This document shows, piece by piece, positions 51,655 to 61,182 of a stretch of DNA of 64,000 nt. A program made the translations under genes and the position numbers. Position 1 is the first letter of the stretch; the number at the start of each line of letters is the position of its first letter. The notes beneath the pieces are model-generated. The model was not told the origin of the DNA. It searched no databases and saw only the letters and a list, made by a program, of their open reading frames with translations. Source of the DNA: a virus; the IMG/VR virus record IMGVR_UViG_3300021493_000001; one strand, written 5' to 3'.

Positions 51655-52642
51655 AACATTACACAAACAGCTTAAAGAAAAGAGAGGATATATAGGCCAT
51701 TCCAATACACTCTTACCAGTAATAGAAAAAGGAAAAGAAACAGAGCAAAGGGGCATCAGAGTATATGTGAAAAAGAAATTGCCTTTAGATTATGTGAGCA
51801 AGAAGGATTTAATTCCAAGATATCACAATGAAACAAGATTAGATGTTGTTGAGATTGGCGAGGTGAATGCACTAAAAGTAGATAAGACAACTAAAACTCG
51901 TCCTGTTAGTATAGGGCTTAGTATAGGAAACTGGCTCATTTCTGCTGGAAGCTTGGGAATATTTCCTGTTTATAAAGAAGATAAAATTTTAGTAGCTTCT
52001 AATAGTCATGTTCTCTGTCCTGATGCTAGTTTAAGTCCTGAAGAAATTAACGAAAAACGGATTTTACAGCCTGGAGCATATCATGGAAAACAGAATCCAG
52101 ATAATGTAGTAGGGGAGTATTATTGGCATAAACAGATTGTTCCAATGGATATAGGATGTCCAATTGGTAACTTTATTGTTAAAGTGCTTAACTTCTTAGC
52201 TAAGTTACTTGGGAGTTCAAGCAGACTTAGTTTATCCAGAGATAATGTAAATCATATTGACTTTGCTGTTTATGAACCATCAGTAGAACATATAGCAAAA
52301 ATTGCTGATGGTTCATTTGATGAAGATTTACCATTTATTGGTTTACTGTTTGCTGGAAGTGAACAAGTAGGAGTGATATGTAAAGCAGAGTATATGGTAA
52401 AAGAAGGATATAGTTTTGCTGTCCCAATAAAGAAAGTGAAGGAAAAGGATGAGGTAATTGGGTGCTCGTTTTGGTGTAATTACAAAACGATTGTAACAGA
52501 CCCATCTGCTACCATTCAAGTTGGTTACAAAAACTTTCAAGCTTTATTTGATGATGTAATACTGGTAAAAAATGAAAAAGTAATAAAGGGAGGATGGAGC
52601 GGTAGTGGTTGGAGATTGGTAAATAAAGGAGAAGACAAATGA
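51647..52642 (+). CDS. NAL1-like trypsin-fold serine protease
   Basis: GIRVYVKKKLP...DVVEIG prodomain; RPVSIGLSIG; triad SNSHV, IDFA, GWSGS. Confidence 0.75.
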   Translation: MIKTLHKQLKEKRGYIGHSNTLLPVIEKGKETEQRGIRVYVKKKLPLDYVSKKDLIPRYHNETRLDVVEIGEVNALKVDKTTKTRPVSIGLSIGNWLISAGSLGIFPVYKEDKILVASNSHVLCPDASLSPEEINEKRILQPGAYHGKQNPDNVVGEYYWHKQIVPMDIGCPIGNFIVKVLNFLAKLLGSSSRLSLSRDNVNHIDFAVYEPSVEHIAKIADGSFDEDLPFIGLLFAGSEQVGVICKAEYMVKEGYSFAVPIKKVKEKDEVIGCSFWCNYKTIVTDPSATIQVGYKNFQALFDDVILVKNEKVIKGGWSGSGWRLVNKGEDK

Positions 52643-52956
52643 GCAAAGTAATAGCAGAAAATGAGAACTGGAGAATAAGGCAAGCTGAAGGTGATAATTA
52701 TGCTCTTACTTGTGGGAAGGGGCATTTTACATTCTATATCAAAGGCAAGAATGAAAAGTTAGTATTTTATAATATGCTTAAATCAGTAGAAGCAAAAATT
52801 AAGGATGTAGCTTTTATTACCTTTGGTGGCTGGTTTGCTTTATATCTAACAGTGGAAGATATAGCATTTCTTTTAGAAAATCTCCCTATGACTGATGCAG
52901 AGAAAGAGGCAAGTATGAGTGCTGAAATGGTGGACGAAAAAATAACCATTCAGTGA
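52639..52956 (+). CDS. Hypothetical protein
   Basis: AAGGAG upstream; ATGA overlap. Confidence 0.6.
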   Translation: MSKVIAENENWRIRQAEGDNYALTCGKGHFTFYIKGKNEKLVFYNMLKSVEAKIKDVAFITFGGWFALYLTVEDIAFLLENLPMTDAEKEASMSAEMVDEKITIQ

Positions 52957-52957
52957 G

Positions 52958-53611
52958 ATGGAAAATAAAAGAATAATTTGTATTAGTGACCTTCACATTC
53001 CTTACACCAGCCAATACTTCATACCCTTTGCCGATTATGCCTGTAAAGCTGATAAGGTAATTTTTAATGGTGACACCTTTGACTTATTAAAATGTTCTGT
53101 AAAGGAAATTAAAAATTGCTACATGGGGCAAGAGTTAATAAAGGCAGTTAAGAAAGTTGTAAAGAAGACTGAGGCAATTTTTATAGTAGGTAATCATGAT
53201 GAAGAACTAGATGAGAAACTTCCTAAGTTATTAGACATGGAAGTCATCACATTTCCATTCTATCGCATGGGCAGGATAGGCTTTGTGCATGGTTATCAGT
53301 TTGACCCTCTTTGCAAGCATTGGAATTGGCGATTATTATCAAAGTTTGCACCTTGGTTTTTCAACCCACCCAGTGAATGGAAGCTAAGAGATAGGGAAAA
53401 ATGGAAAGAAAAAATCGGACAGATATATGCTGAGGCCTTTTCTTTCTTAGAGAAAGCTCATTGGTGTAGAATATTAGTTATAGGGCATACTCATTATCCG
53501 TCTGTTCATACTTTGGAAACAGGCCAGAAATTGGCTGATTGTGGAGACTGGTTAGATAGTAGAAGTTGGATAGAGATTGAAAGAGGTAAAGTAGAAGTTA
53601 AGACATTATGA
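52958..53611 (+). CDS. Calcineurin-like metallophosphoesterase (LpxH-like)
   Basis: SDLHI, NGDTFD, VGNHD, VHG, GHTH, DCGDW. Confidence 0.85.
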   Translation: MENKRIICISDLHIPYTSQYFIPFADYACKADKVIFNGDTFDLLKCSVKEIKNCYMGQELIKAVKKVVKKTEAIFIVGNHDEELDEKLPKLLDMEVITFPFYRMGRIGFVHGYQFDPLCKHWNWRLLSKFAPWFFNPPSEWKLRDREKWKEKIGQIYAEAFSFLEKAHWCRILVIGHTHYPSVHTLETGQKLADCGDWLDSRSWIEIERGKVEVKTL

Positions 53612-53790
53612 ATAAACAAGAAGTAGAGGCAAGAAGACTTGTTACTTTAATTAAGCAGTGGGCATTAGAGGCTAGAACTAGATGCCCTGAAACAGAAGAC
53701 CCAGAAGAATGCCAAAGGTGTATAAAACAACTACTTAAAGCGTGTAAAAGATTTGAAAGGTTGATGATTTTAATTGGAGGTTTAAAATGA
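53608..53790 (+). CDS. Small hypothetical protein
   Basis: ATGA overlaps on both sides. Confidence 0.6.
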   Translation: MNKQEVEARRLVTLIKQWALEARTRCPETEDPEECQRCIKQLLKACKRFERLMILIGGLK

Positions 53791-54158
53791 AAAAATTATC
53801 TATTATTTTTCTTTGTTTCATATTACTAGGTTGTGCTGGTATGAGTAAGCTTACTGAGAATTATGATAATTTTATGAAACAGGCTGATGAATTAGCCATT
53901 GTTCTTTGCTCGCATAGTGAATTCTCCACTTGTTACTGGCAAGCTGCACTGGGAGATGATATAAATAAGCTACCTGCTGAAGCTTTGAATATACTGGATG
54001 AGATTGAACAAACAGTGAAAGGAAAAACAGCAGATGAGTTAACGGAGTGTGAGAAGGGTAAATTATTAGGATTATGGCAGAGGTTTGGTTCTTTGGTAAG
54101 TAAGGATATAATAGAAAGAGTTGTGCCTTATATGATTAAGTTTGTGGGGGCTTTGTAA
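53787..54158 (+). CDS. Lipoprotein
   Basis: MKKLSIIFLCFILLG-C lipobox; GGAGG upstream. Confidence 0.75.
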   Translation: MKKLSIIFLCFILLGCAGMSKLTENYDNFMKQADELAIVLCSHSEFSTCYWQAALGDDINKLPAEALNILDEIEQTVKGKTADELTECEKGKLLGLWQRFGSLVSKDIIERVVPYMIKFVGAL

Positions 54159-54355
54159 TGGATGCCAATCAAGCTTATTTCTGGACAAAAGAATGGCAGG
54201 AAGCAGAAAAAGAAGCTTCAGAAGACATAAAGCAAGGCAGATTGTCACCTGTCTTTTCTTCAGCCCAAGAAGGGGTTAAGTATCTCAGGGATAAAGCAAA
54301 CAAGCTTAAAAATAAAAACAAAATAGGAGAGCATCATGCCAGTCAGAAAGTATAG
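54158..54355 (+). CDS. Stand-alone antitoxin C-terminal-like domain (AbrB/MazE-associated)
   Basis: QAYFWTKEWQEAEKEASEDIKQGR...FSS. Confidence 0.65.
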   Translation: MDANQAYFWTKEWQEAEKEASEDIKQGRLSPVFSSAQEGVKYLRDKANKLKNKNKIGEHHASQKV

Positions 54356-54629
54356 AAAAAAGCCAGTCATAGTAGAGGCAATACAATGGACTGGAGATAA
54401 TTTAAGGGAAGTTATTGACTTTACAGGGCTTCACCCATCAGCAGGGAAATGGACTTGGGAAGAGTTTGAGGAAGTGGTAAAAAAGAAAGGGCTTAAAATA
54501 TTTACACTTGAAGGAGTGAAAAAGGCTAGTGTAGGAGATTACATAATTAAAGGTGTTGAAGGCGAAATTTACCGATGTAAGCCCAGTATATTTGAAAAAC
54601 TTATGAGTTGGTGGAATAAAAAATGCTAA
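54336..54629 (+). CDS. Conserved phage protein (KKPVxVEA...GDYII family)
   Basis: YRKKPVIVEAIQW...TLEG...GDYIIKGVEGE...CKPSIFEK. Confidence 0.85.
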   Translation: MPVRKYRKKPVIVEAIQWTGDNLREVIDFTGLHPSAGKWTWEEFEEVVKKKGLKIFTLEGVKKASVGDYIIKGVEGEIYRCKPSIFEKLMSWWNKKC

Positions 54630-54662
54630 TTAAATTCCTTGCTTAATTAAATTAATGTAAGT

Positions 54663-54872
54663 CTAATATTCTGCTTTCTCCTCCTTTTCCATCCAAACTC
54701 TAAATTTCCAACCGCATTCGCAATCAAAAGTAATTGAATTTTTGGAAACATCCTTTTCTTTTGGGCAAGAGAAAGTCATTGTAAACTCATCCCCTTCTGG
54801 CCAATGAACAAATGCATATTTCTTACCACATTTAGGACACTGCCAATTAAGACTACAAAGTTTTTCTTTCAT
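54663..54872 (-). CDS. Zinc-ribbon protein
   Basis: CPKC and CECG; last gene of the minus arm. Confidence 0.65.
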   Translation of the reverse strand: MKEKLCSLNWQCPKCGKKYAFVHWPEGDEFTMTFSCPKEKDVSKNSITFDCECGWKFRVWMEKEEKAEY

Positions 54873-55060
54873 ATCTTCTCCACCTCACTCAGCAATAAAT
54901 AAAACTTACCCCTATTTGGCACTTCCACCCTCACTTGCTTAGGCTCGTCATTACATACATGCACTACAATAGCCTCCTCTCCACATATATTAAGCTCCTT
55001 GGTATAGAAATTAGGTAAAATTCTTACTTTATCACCGACCTTGAAATTGGTTTGGGTCAT
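54869..55060 (-). CDS. Small KOW/SH3-like protein
   Basis: FKVGDKVRI. Confidence 0.7.
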   Translation of the reverse strand: MTQTNFKVGDKVRILPNFYTKELNICGEEAIVVHVCNDEPKQVRVEVPNRGKFYLLLSEVEKI

Positions 55061-55585
55061 TGTTTTCCTCCATCTCTAAAATTTTATCAGCAATTACTTT
55101 GGCTGTTTCTTTTGGCCTGTTCTCAATTATATCTATTTCTTCAAAAGACAATTTAAAACGCACCAATATTTTTCTAACTGCCTCAGTTACTTCAGCATCT
55201 TCTCTTTTCTAGACCGCATAAAGAAAGTATATAAATTAACTCCATGAAAATCTAACAAAGAAATTGTATTCAATGGCAATCCAGCTAATAAACGATAAGC
55301 ACAATTATCAACTATGCCTCTGTCTGCTACAATTATCTTGTCTCTATGCATCAGATAACTAGCAATAGTGCAGAAGTCTAGTGCATTTTCAAAGTAATTG
55401 TAGGCTGAGTGATTAGTAAAGATTTTTTCCTTCCAAGTATCTCTTATGCCCATTTCCACCAATATCCAATGGGCAAATTCACCTACAAAGGCAAATTTTT
55501 CAGGTGGTAGGAATTTTTTAAGATAAACAAAAGTAGTTGTCTTGCCAATACCATGGCTTCCACTTAATGCGTAAACTTTAATCAT
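55032..55585 (-). pseudogene. NadR/AAA_28-like nucleotide kinase, frameshifted near the 3' end
   Basis: GSHGIGKTT Walker A; ADRGIVD; the -1 frame from ~55207 continues EDAEVTEAVRKIL...ADKILE to 55032. Confidence 0.7.
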
Positions 55586-55811
55586 GAGTTAAGTTCCTTC
55601 ATTCCAATTTTATAAAGTTTCTCTATTTCTTCTTTAGTTAAAGGCCAACCAAAATTATTTACTTCTTCAGATATAGTAGCTACCTTTTTCACCGTTTTGA
55701 TAAATCCTAGCTTCATTCTCCTCTTTTTCATACACTAGTAAAATTACAGCATCTCCGTTTGCCTGTGAAAGTAGTTTATTTATTACCCATTCAACCTGTT
55801 TTTTAACCTTG

Positions 55812-56030
55812 TCATTCATTGATTATCCTCCTTTTCTTTCCTTTTCTTTCTCTAGCCTTCGCATAACACTCCTCATTACAACAGTGATAGGGACCGTAAC
55901 AAGTTAAGATAGACCGTTCAAGATGAAAATCTTTAATATAATCTTTTCCGTCACTAGTCCATGAAATAATACCTTCTTTTCCGCAACCATCACATTTACC
56001 AAATTTTATCCCTCTTATCCTTTTCGCCAT
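55812..56030 (-). CDS. Cys-rich hypothetical protein
   Basis: CDGC, HCCNEEC; AAGGAG upstream. Confidence 0.6.
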   Translation of the reverse strand: MAKRIRGIKFGKCDGCGKEGIISWTSDGKDYIKDFHLERSILTCYGPYHCCNEECYAKARERKGKKRRIINE

Positions 56031-56145
56031 TTTAACTCCTTGCTTTATAACTAATTCCCCATAATAGCAAGTATAATGAGAAATAAAATAATTCCAATGA
56101 AATATGAAAATGCAACAAAATTATCTTCCATTGTTCTCCTCCTTT

Positions 56146-56370
56146 TTACCACTTAAAAGCATTCTCTATCAGCCTTACTCTTGTTACTAGCCTAGGATAA
56201 TCTTCCTTGAATAAAGCTATTGCCTCATAGGTCATTAAAAAACGGTTAAATCTTTCTACATCCTCCAATTTAATAGAGCTACGAACCAAGGCAATAATTG
56301 AATCAACCTGATTTGCAATACGTAACCAATATTCTTCATCTGGCTTTGTTTGAGTTACTTTTTCTGGCAT
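56146..56370 (-). CDS. Hypothetical protein
   Basis: AAGGAG upstream. Confidence 0.65.
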   Translation of the reverse strand: MPEKVTQTKPDEEYWLRIANQVDSIIALVRSSIKLEDVERFNRFLMTYEAIALFKEDYPRLVTRVRLIENAFKW

Positions 56371-56384
56371 AGTTTACTCTCCTT

Positions 56385-56645
56385 TCAAATAAATCTTTTG
56401 CTGACTTTGTTTGACATAAATAACATCTTACATTCTCTTTCAGCCTCTTTGTAAAGTTTAGCTACCAGCTCTATTTTCTCTAATTCCCTATCTCCTGCAT
56501 GTTCAAACCCCAAGTCTTGATTATCTAAGAAATTCCTATAAGTTTGATAAGCATCATCCAAATTATCAGATATAACATAAACAGTTTTATATTGACTACC
56601 AAAAAACCCTTTAACTGTTACTTTAAAAAGACAAAGTGTGTTCAT
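56385..56645 (-). CDS. Hypothetical protein
   Basis: GAAGG upstream; operon packing. Confidence 0.65.
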   Translation of the reverse strand: MNTLCLFKVTVKGFFGSQYKTVYVISDNLDDAYQTYRNFLDNQDLGFEHAGDRELEKIELVAKLYKEAERECKMLFMSNKVSKRFI

Positions 56646-56672
56646 TGTTTACCTTCTTTATCTTTTAAAATA

Positions 56673-57212
56673 CTAAAAATTCTCCCAAACTATTTTAGCC
56701 CTTTCCTCACCAAATTTGCTTAAATGGCATGTAATTTCTTCTTCTGCTTGCTTTAGTTCTATTTCAGATATTGGAATATATTCAATCTTAAATTCTTTCT
56801 CCTCTTCCTTAGTAATCTCATTAAAATAATGCAATGCCAACGCTGAGGCATCCCGTCTTAATGGTGCAAGCATACTGGCACTTGAAAGAGCACATACAAT
56901 CTCTGCTTTTGTGAGTGGTTGCATTAGGTCAAAGATTTGCTTCTTACTCCATCTCTTTCCAACTTTTTTCAGTCTGTCTGCAATCTCTTTGCAGTGAGAA
57001 CGGAAAATCCAAGGTGCAAAATCGGGTCCAATGAGCTTTGAACGAAAAGCTAAAAAACACTTATCTACAAGAGGATAATCTTCTTTATTTTCTTTTATAA
57101 CTTCCTCTGCAACTTTTATTTGAGCAAAGGCTGATACACCATAATTAAGAAAATCGTCACTAATGAGATTATTTATTAAATTTAACTTTCCACTTTCTCT
57201 TTTCTCTATCAT
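56673..57212 (-). CDS. Hypothetical protein
   Basis: Long ORF in coding direction. Confidence 0.65.
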   Translation of the reverse strand: MIEKRESGKLNLINNLISDDFLNYGVSAFAQIKVAEEVIKENKEDYPLVDKCFLAFRSKLIGPDFAPWIFRSHCKEIADRLKKVGKRWSKKQIFDLMQPLTKAEIVCALSSASMLAPLRRDASALALHYFNEITKEEEKEFKIEYIPISEIELKQAEEEITCHLSKFGEERAKIVWENF

Positions 57213-57696
57213 AATAATACCCCTGTTTATTTAAATATTGTAATAAACAAGAAACAGAGAGTTTACAAATTTTACTGAATTTTGTTACACTATATTGTTT
57301 CAAAACTGCTTCTATCCCACCATATTTTTCAAATGCCTCACTCGCCAAACCATGTGGAGCGTTATTATATATTGGTGGTTTAATTTCAATTCCTATCCTC
57401 CGTAACCCTTCCTGTATTGTATGATAATCAAATCCCCATCGCTTCCCCATTTCTATCGTGCCCTTTTCTTTATACTGTTTCCTTAATTCTTCCTTTACTC
57501 TTTCAGCATCACATCCATAATAATAAAAAGCATTCCAAAGAAAAGACCCATTAGAGCATCTAGATAAAGCACAAGCAACTGCACTCTTAACTTTTTCAGC
57601 AAGAGTAGGATTAAGTTTATCAGCCCATTCAAATAATTCTTTGCCTTCTTTGTTTGAGATAAATAATCTAAGTTCCTTTCCATGATACTTACTCAT
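57169..57696 (-). CDS. Protein with tandem HTH-like segments
   Basis: TIEMGKRWGFDYHTIQEGLRRIGI and SVTKFSKICKLSVSCLLQYL. Confidence 0.6.
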   Translation of the reverse strand: MSKYHGKELRLFISNKEGKELFEWADKLNPTLAEKVKSAVACALSRCSNGSFLWNAFYYYGCDAERVKEELRKQYKEKGTIEMGKRWGFDYHTIQEGLRRIGIEIKPPIYNNAPHGLASEAFEKYGGIEAVLKQYSVTKFSKICKLSVSCLLQYLNKQGYYYDREKRKWKVKFNK

Positions 57697-57860
57697 TTTT
57701 TATCATCTCCACTCTTAAACCAAATCCTCTCTTGGGTAGCCATTCAGTTCCAATAAATTTCTTTATCTTTACCGCTCTTGGCGTTTCCTCTATAACTTTT
57801 ACCTCTTTAGTTATAAACCACAAACCAAGATTAAAATCTTTTCCCAAATTAATGCTCTTT

Positions 57861-58172
57861 TCATTCTAATTCCTTACTTATTTGCTCTGTATCTATAGGC
57901 CCATACACAGTGAAAGGTGAAGAAGGTTTATACTCAATCTTATTTTTCTTTTCCCAATCTTCATTCACAAGCAACTGTAATGCCCTAACAGTTTTTGAAT
58001 TTTTAAACTTTACAGGCTTTTTCCTTCTGCTAGCATACCTGATGTATTGATTTAGCCAACACCTCACACAATATTTACTTTTTGGAATAGCAGGTTTCCC
58101 ACAGATGATACACCTACCCTCCTCCAACATTTTCCTTTGCCATTTTAACTGGCGTGAGATGATTTCTTTCAC
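57861..58172 (-). CDS. Zinc-finger protein
   Basis: GRCIICGKP...YCVRC; GGAGG upstream. Confidence 0.7.
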   Translation of the reverse strand: MKEIISRQLKWQRKMLEEGRCIICGKPAIPKSKYCVRCWLNQYIRYASRRKKPVKFKNSKTVRALQLLVNEDWEKKNKIEYKPSSPFTVYGPIDTEQISKELE

Positions 58173-58812
58173 GATTGCCTCCTACAATTATTAACAATTT
58201 AATTACTAACAATTCAACATACCTATCCCATACTTTCTTTCTCCTAAGATGGTGGTAACAAACGGTGCATAATCCTGCACTATGATGCTTTCTCAATCTC
58301 TTACAATGGGTGCAAATTACTTTGTTGCCTCTTGTTACTTCTCTTATTCCGTATTTTATCTTTTTGTCTCGTTTAAGATACCCATAACAATGAACACACA
58401 ACCCTTTACTTTTATGAATACGCATCTGTCCGCATCTTTTGCAGATAATAAAACGGATATGTCTTCTTCTAGGGTCATTAAAAAGAACTTCCTTGAAATA
58501 GTATTGAGGCTCACCAAGTAATATGGCAAAGAGATATGTTTCATTCTCAATTATCTTAGGTATCAATGCCAATTTATCATCAAATGACATCTTTTTAATC
58601 TTATCAACCATCTTGTTTATCAGCATCACTTTATTATGTTTTCTCGTATTCATTCCAATAAACTTAATCCGTGTCCATAATTCCATGATTTCTCCGCTAA
58701 CTCTTTTCTCTAATACCCAATCCAACTGCTTTTCAGTGAAACATGCCTTTACTGTGCTCAGGTCAAGAGGTGCATCAAGTTGTAATTGTATTGAAGGTTG
58801 GGGGTAAAACAT
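58114..58812 (-). CDS. Protein with two CxxC-x9-GLCxxC zinc fingers
   Basis: CKRC...GLCVHC and CTHC...GLCTVC. Confidence 0.7.
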   Translation of the reverse strand: MFYPQPSIQLQLDAPLDLSTVKACFTEKQLDWVLEKRVSGEIMELWTRIKFIGMNTRKHNKVMLINKMVDKIKKMSFDDKLALIPKIIENETYLFAILLGEPQYYFKEVLFNDPRRRHIRFIICKRCGQMRIHKSKGLCVHCYGYLKRDKKIKYGIREVTRGNKVICTHCKRLRKHHSAGLCTVCYHHLRRKKVWDRYVELLVIKLLIIVGGNRERNHLTPVKMAKENVGGG

Positions 58813-58815
58813 TGC

Positions 58816-59031
58816 TTACTTATAATCATTTATATCGTTTAAGACACCTCTGATTTTTTCCTTAATGTATTTTGCCTTTTCCAATATCGTTTTGAGATGG
58901 GAAATAACTATACCAATACAAATCAAGAAAAAGCCAAAATCATTCAAGGAAGAACGAACAATTGTTACTGCTGTAATTTTCCACCCCAAGTAACAAAGAA
59001 GAAATCCAACCAAAAAATAGAGAGCATTCAT
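58816..59031 (-). CDS. Two-transmembrane small protein
   Basis: Two hydrophobic segments; AAGGAG upstream. Confidence 0.6.
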   Translation of the reverse strand: MNALYFLVGFLLCYLGWKITAVTIVRSSLNDFGFFLICIGIVISHLKTILEKAKYIKEKIRGVLNDINDYK

Positions 59032-59093
59032 TTTCTACTCCTTTTTGTTTTTATATTCTTTCTTTAACTCCTTATAAGCCTGCCTTCTTGCAT

Positions 59094-59351
59094 TCATATT
59101 TCTTCTTTATTAGGTTTCTTTTGTAGTTCAATTGGCAAACGATTAGGAGGCCAAGATGGCAAAGAAAGAGAAAATTCATCATTTTCTTCATAAACTATTC
59201 GTCCCGACATACTATGCGTATGCCTTAATAACTTATTCAATTTTTCTACTTCTTCTATTAAAATAACTATTTCTCTTCTCAAAACTTCTAACTTTTGTGT
59301 ATTACCCATTTCATCCCAATACGGTGGTCTATTTGCTACACACTTTTCCAT
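59094..59351 (-). CDS. Hypothetical protein
   Basis: AAGGAGG upstream. Confidence 0.65.
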   Translation of the reverse strand: MEKCVANRPPYWDEMGNTQKLEVLRREIVILIEEVEKLNKLLRHTHSMSGRIVYEENDEFSLSLPSWPPNRLPIELQKKPNKEEI

Positions 59352-59373
59352 TTTTACCTCCTTTGTTTATAAT

Positions 59374-59721
59374 TTACTTGGCCTTTTCTATATAATCTTC
59401 GCTTCCAAAATCTTTGTCATTATCCTTTTCTATTGCAATATTAGGTGCTATATCTGCAACATCAATATCATATATAGTAACAACATTTACATTATTCTTT
59501 GGCTCAGGAATATCTAAACCTCTTTCAAGACTGACTTCTATCCATGCTCTCTTTGCCTCTTGTAATTTTCTAAGAGCCTCTTCTCTAGTTCTACCTTCAG
59601 CTCCACAACCAGGTAATTCAGGTATTTCTGCACCAAAATATTCCTCGCCATCATGGTCAAAGTCTTTTTTAATTACGATATGATAAGGTAAACTGAGATA
59701 GTATGATAAATTCTTCTTCAT
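59374..59721 (-). CDS. hicB: HicB-like antitoxin (orphan)
   Basis: YYLSLPY...AEIPELPGCGAEGRTREEAL...AWIE...DIPEP. Confidence 0.85.
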   Translation of the reverse strand: MKKNLSYYLSLPYHIVIKKDFDHDGEEYFGAEIPELPGCGAEGRTREEALRKLQEAKRAWIEVSLERGLDIPEPKNNVNVVTIYDIDVADIAPNIAIEKDNDKDFGSEDYIEKAK

Positions 59722-59937
59722 GTTTTAACCTCATTTATTCTTTTATTCCATTCATCATTAAAAAATATCATACAGCTTATTAAACATTTGGTGTGCCCAT
59801 TCAAACAATCCTCGTTTTCTTAATTCCTCTTCCAGCTTTGTAGCATTATCATCATCGGCTTCGGGATAACTGAATATATACACTCGCTAAATTTTTTATC
59901 ATCATAATTGCTATAATCTATATTCATTTGTTACCTC

Positions 59938-60231
59938 CTATAAATTACTTTTATCGGTGGACTTAAATTGCGAGTTTTTTTCTAATAAGAAGTAATTTTC
60001 TTTATCAATTATTTTACTTAGTAATATTCTAGTTTCACAATCAGATAGAGTTTCCCAACTCTGATATTTATACATTGCACGAAATTGTTGTGCCTTACCA
60101 CACTTTTCACATATTCTAAATCCTGCTTTTATTAAATTGGAACACTTTTCTCCCAAAAATGTATATGTGTTATTTGAATATACATATTTCCACTTATGCC
60201 AACAAAGATTGAATTTTTCTAAAATTCCCAT
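59938..60231 (-). CDS. Hypothetical protein with CxHxW and CxxC motifs
   Basis: LCWHKW...RICEKCGK. Confidence 0.6.
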   Translation of the reverse strand: MGILEKFNLCWHKWKYVYSNNTYTFLGEKCSNLIKAGFRICEKCGKAQQFRAMYKYQSWETLSDCETRILLSKIIDKENYFLLEKNSQFKSTDKSNL

Positions 60232-60653
60232 ACCACACTCTCCCCCTTATAAAACTTCCTTCTAATTATCTTCCCAATCAAATGTAAACTATCACATCCC
60301 AATATAAAGATATCCACATGCCCGTCTTCTCTTTTAACCCATACCTGCACCATGTCTTCTTTGCCCCAAGGCACTATTTGCAAGGCTTTCTTTTTCTCAC
60401 CCACTCCTGTATGTAATGTAGCTTGTATCCATAAAGTAGGCTTGTTTTCTTTCTTAGCAATTAAATCTACACAACCAAATACATCATTTCTTTGGCTGAT
60501 ATAAATCGTTTTTATTTTTTTAGTTTTCTTATCTTTTATTTTAAGCATTCTCCCTACAGGCTTTTGATTATGAACAATCCAGCCTAATTCTTTAAGCCAA
60601 TCCTTAACCCATTTTTGAAACCTTAATCCTTTTTCTCTGCGAGTATCTTTCAA
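60219..60653 (-). CDS. PD-(D/E)XK endonuclease, Holliday junction resolvase-like
   Basis: KGLRFQ...LKELGWIV...DVFGCVDLIA...WIQAT. Confidence 0.75.
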   Translation of the reverse strand: MKDTRREKGLRFQKWVKDWLKELGWIVHNQKPVGRMLKIKDKKTKKIKTIYISQRNDVFGCVDLIAKKENKPTLWIQATLHTGVGEKKKALQIVPWGKEDMVQVWVKREDGHVDIFILGCDSLHLIGKIIRRKFYKGESVVWEF

Positions 60654-60654
60654 T

Positions 60655-61182
60655 TTATTCTCCTTTACACAATTTTTCTTTTAAAGCTTGATAATCTTCA
60701 TCAGAAACTTCAATCTCTACACCATCAATGATTATTGTATGCTTTTTAGGAATGGGGCGGGCATATTTCCATGACATAATGCTAAAACTGTTACCCTTTT
60801 TAAATTCATTTAGGCTATTATCATCTGAATATACACATATATAAGGGTAATCGCTACCATCAATATAACCTACATAAATTCTTTTTTCCCATTTATTCCC
60901 AGATTGACTGACTTCAATAAGCTCTCCAAATTTAAAGGCGTAACCTTCAAACATTTCATCAGTCCAACAATATTGTCCATCATCTTCTTCAATGTAGTAA
61001 TAATTGTTCCAGACTTCTTTTATAGTAACAATCTGTCCGCAAAATTTTCTATTTGTCTTAGGAAATGTGAATGGAGTTCCAAGAAAGCTAATACTATTAC
61101 ATACCAATTTATTCCCTCTTAACATTGCCTCCCACTGACGGACTCTTACTTTGTCTCCTTCTTTGTAACGCATTTTACTCAT
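60655..61182 (-). CDS. Tandem SH3/KOW-like conserved phage protein
   Basis: YKEGDKVRVR...WTDEMFE...FGELIEV...SWKYARP. Confidence 0.7.
   Translation of the reverse strand: MSKMRYKEGDKVRVRQWEAMLRGNKLVCNSISFLGTPFTFPKTNRKFCGQIVTIKEVWNNYYYIEEDDGQYCWTDEMFEGYAFKFGELIEVSQSGNKWEKRIYVGYIDGSDYPYICVYSDDNSLNEFKKGNSFSIMSWKYARPIPKKHTIIIDGVEIEVSDEDYQALKEKLCKGE

Noticed and set aside
59722-59937. HicA toxin partner upstream of hicB
   Set aside because: Hand translation gives only short ORFs (35 and about 41 aa) lacking the HicA GSH motif and basic fold pattern
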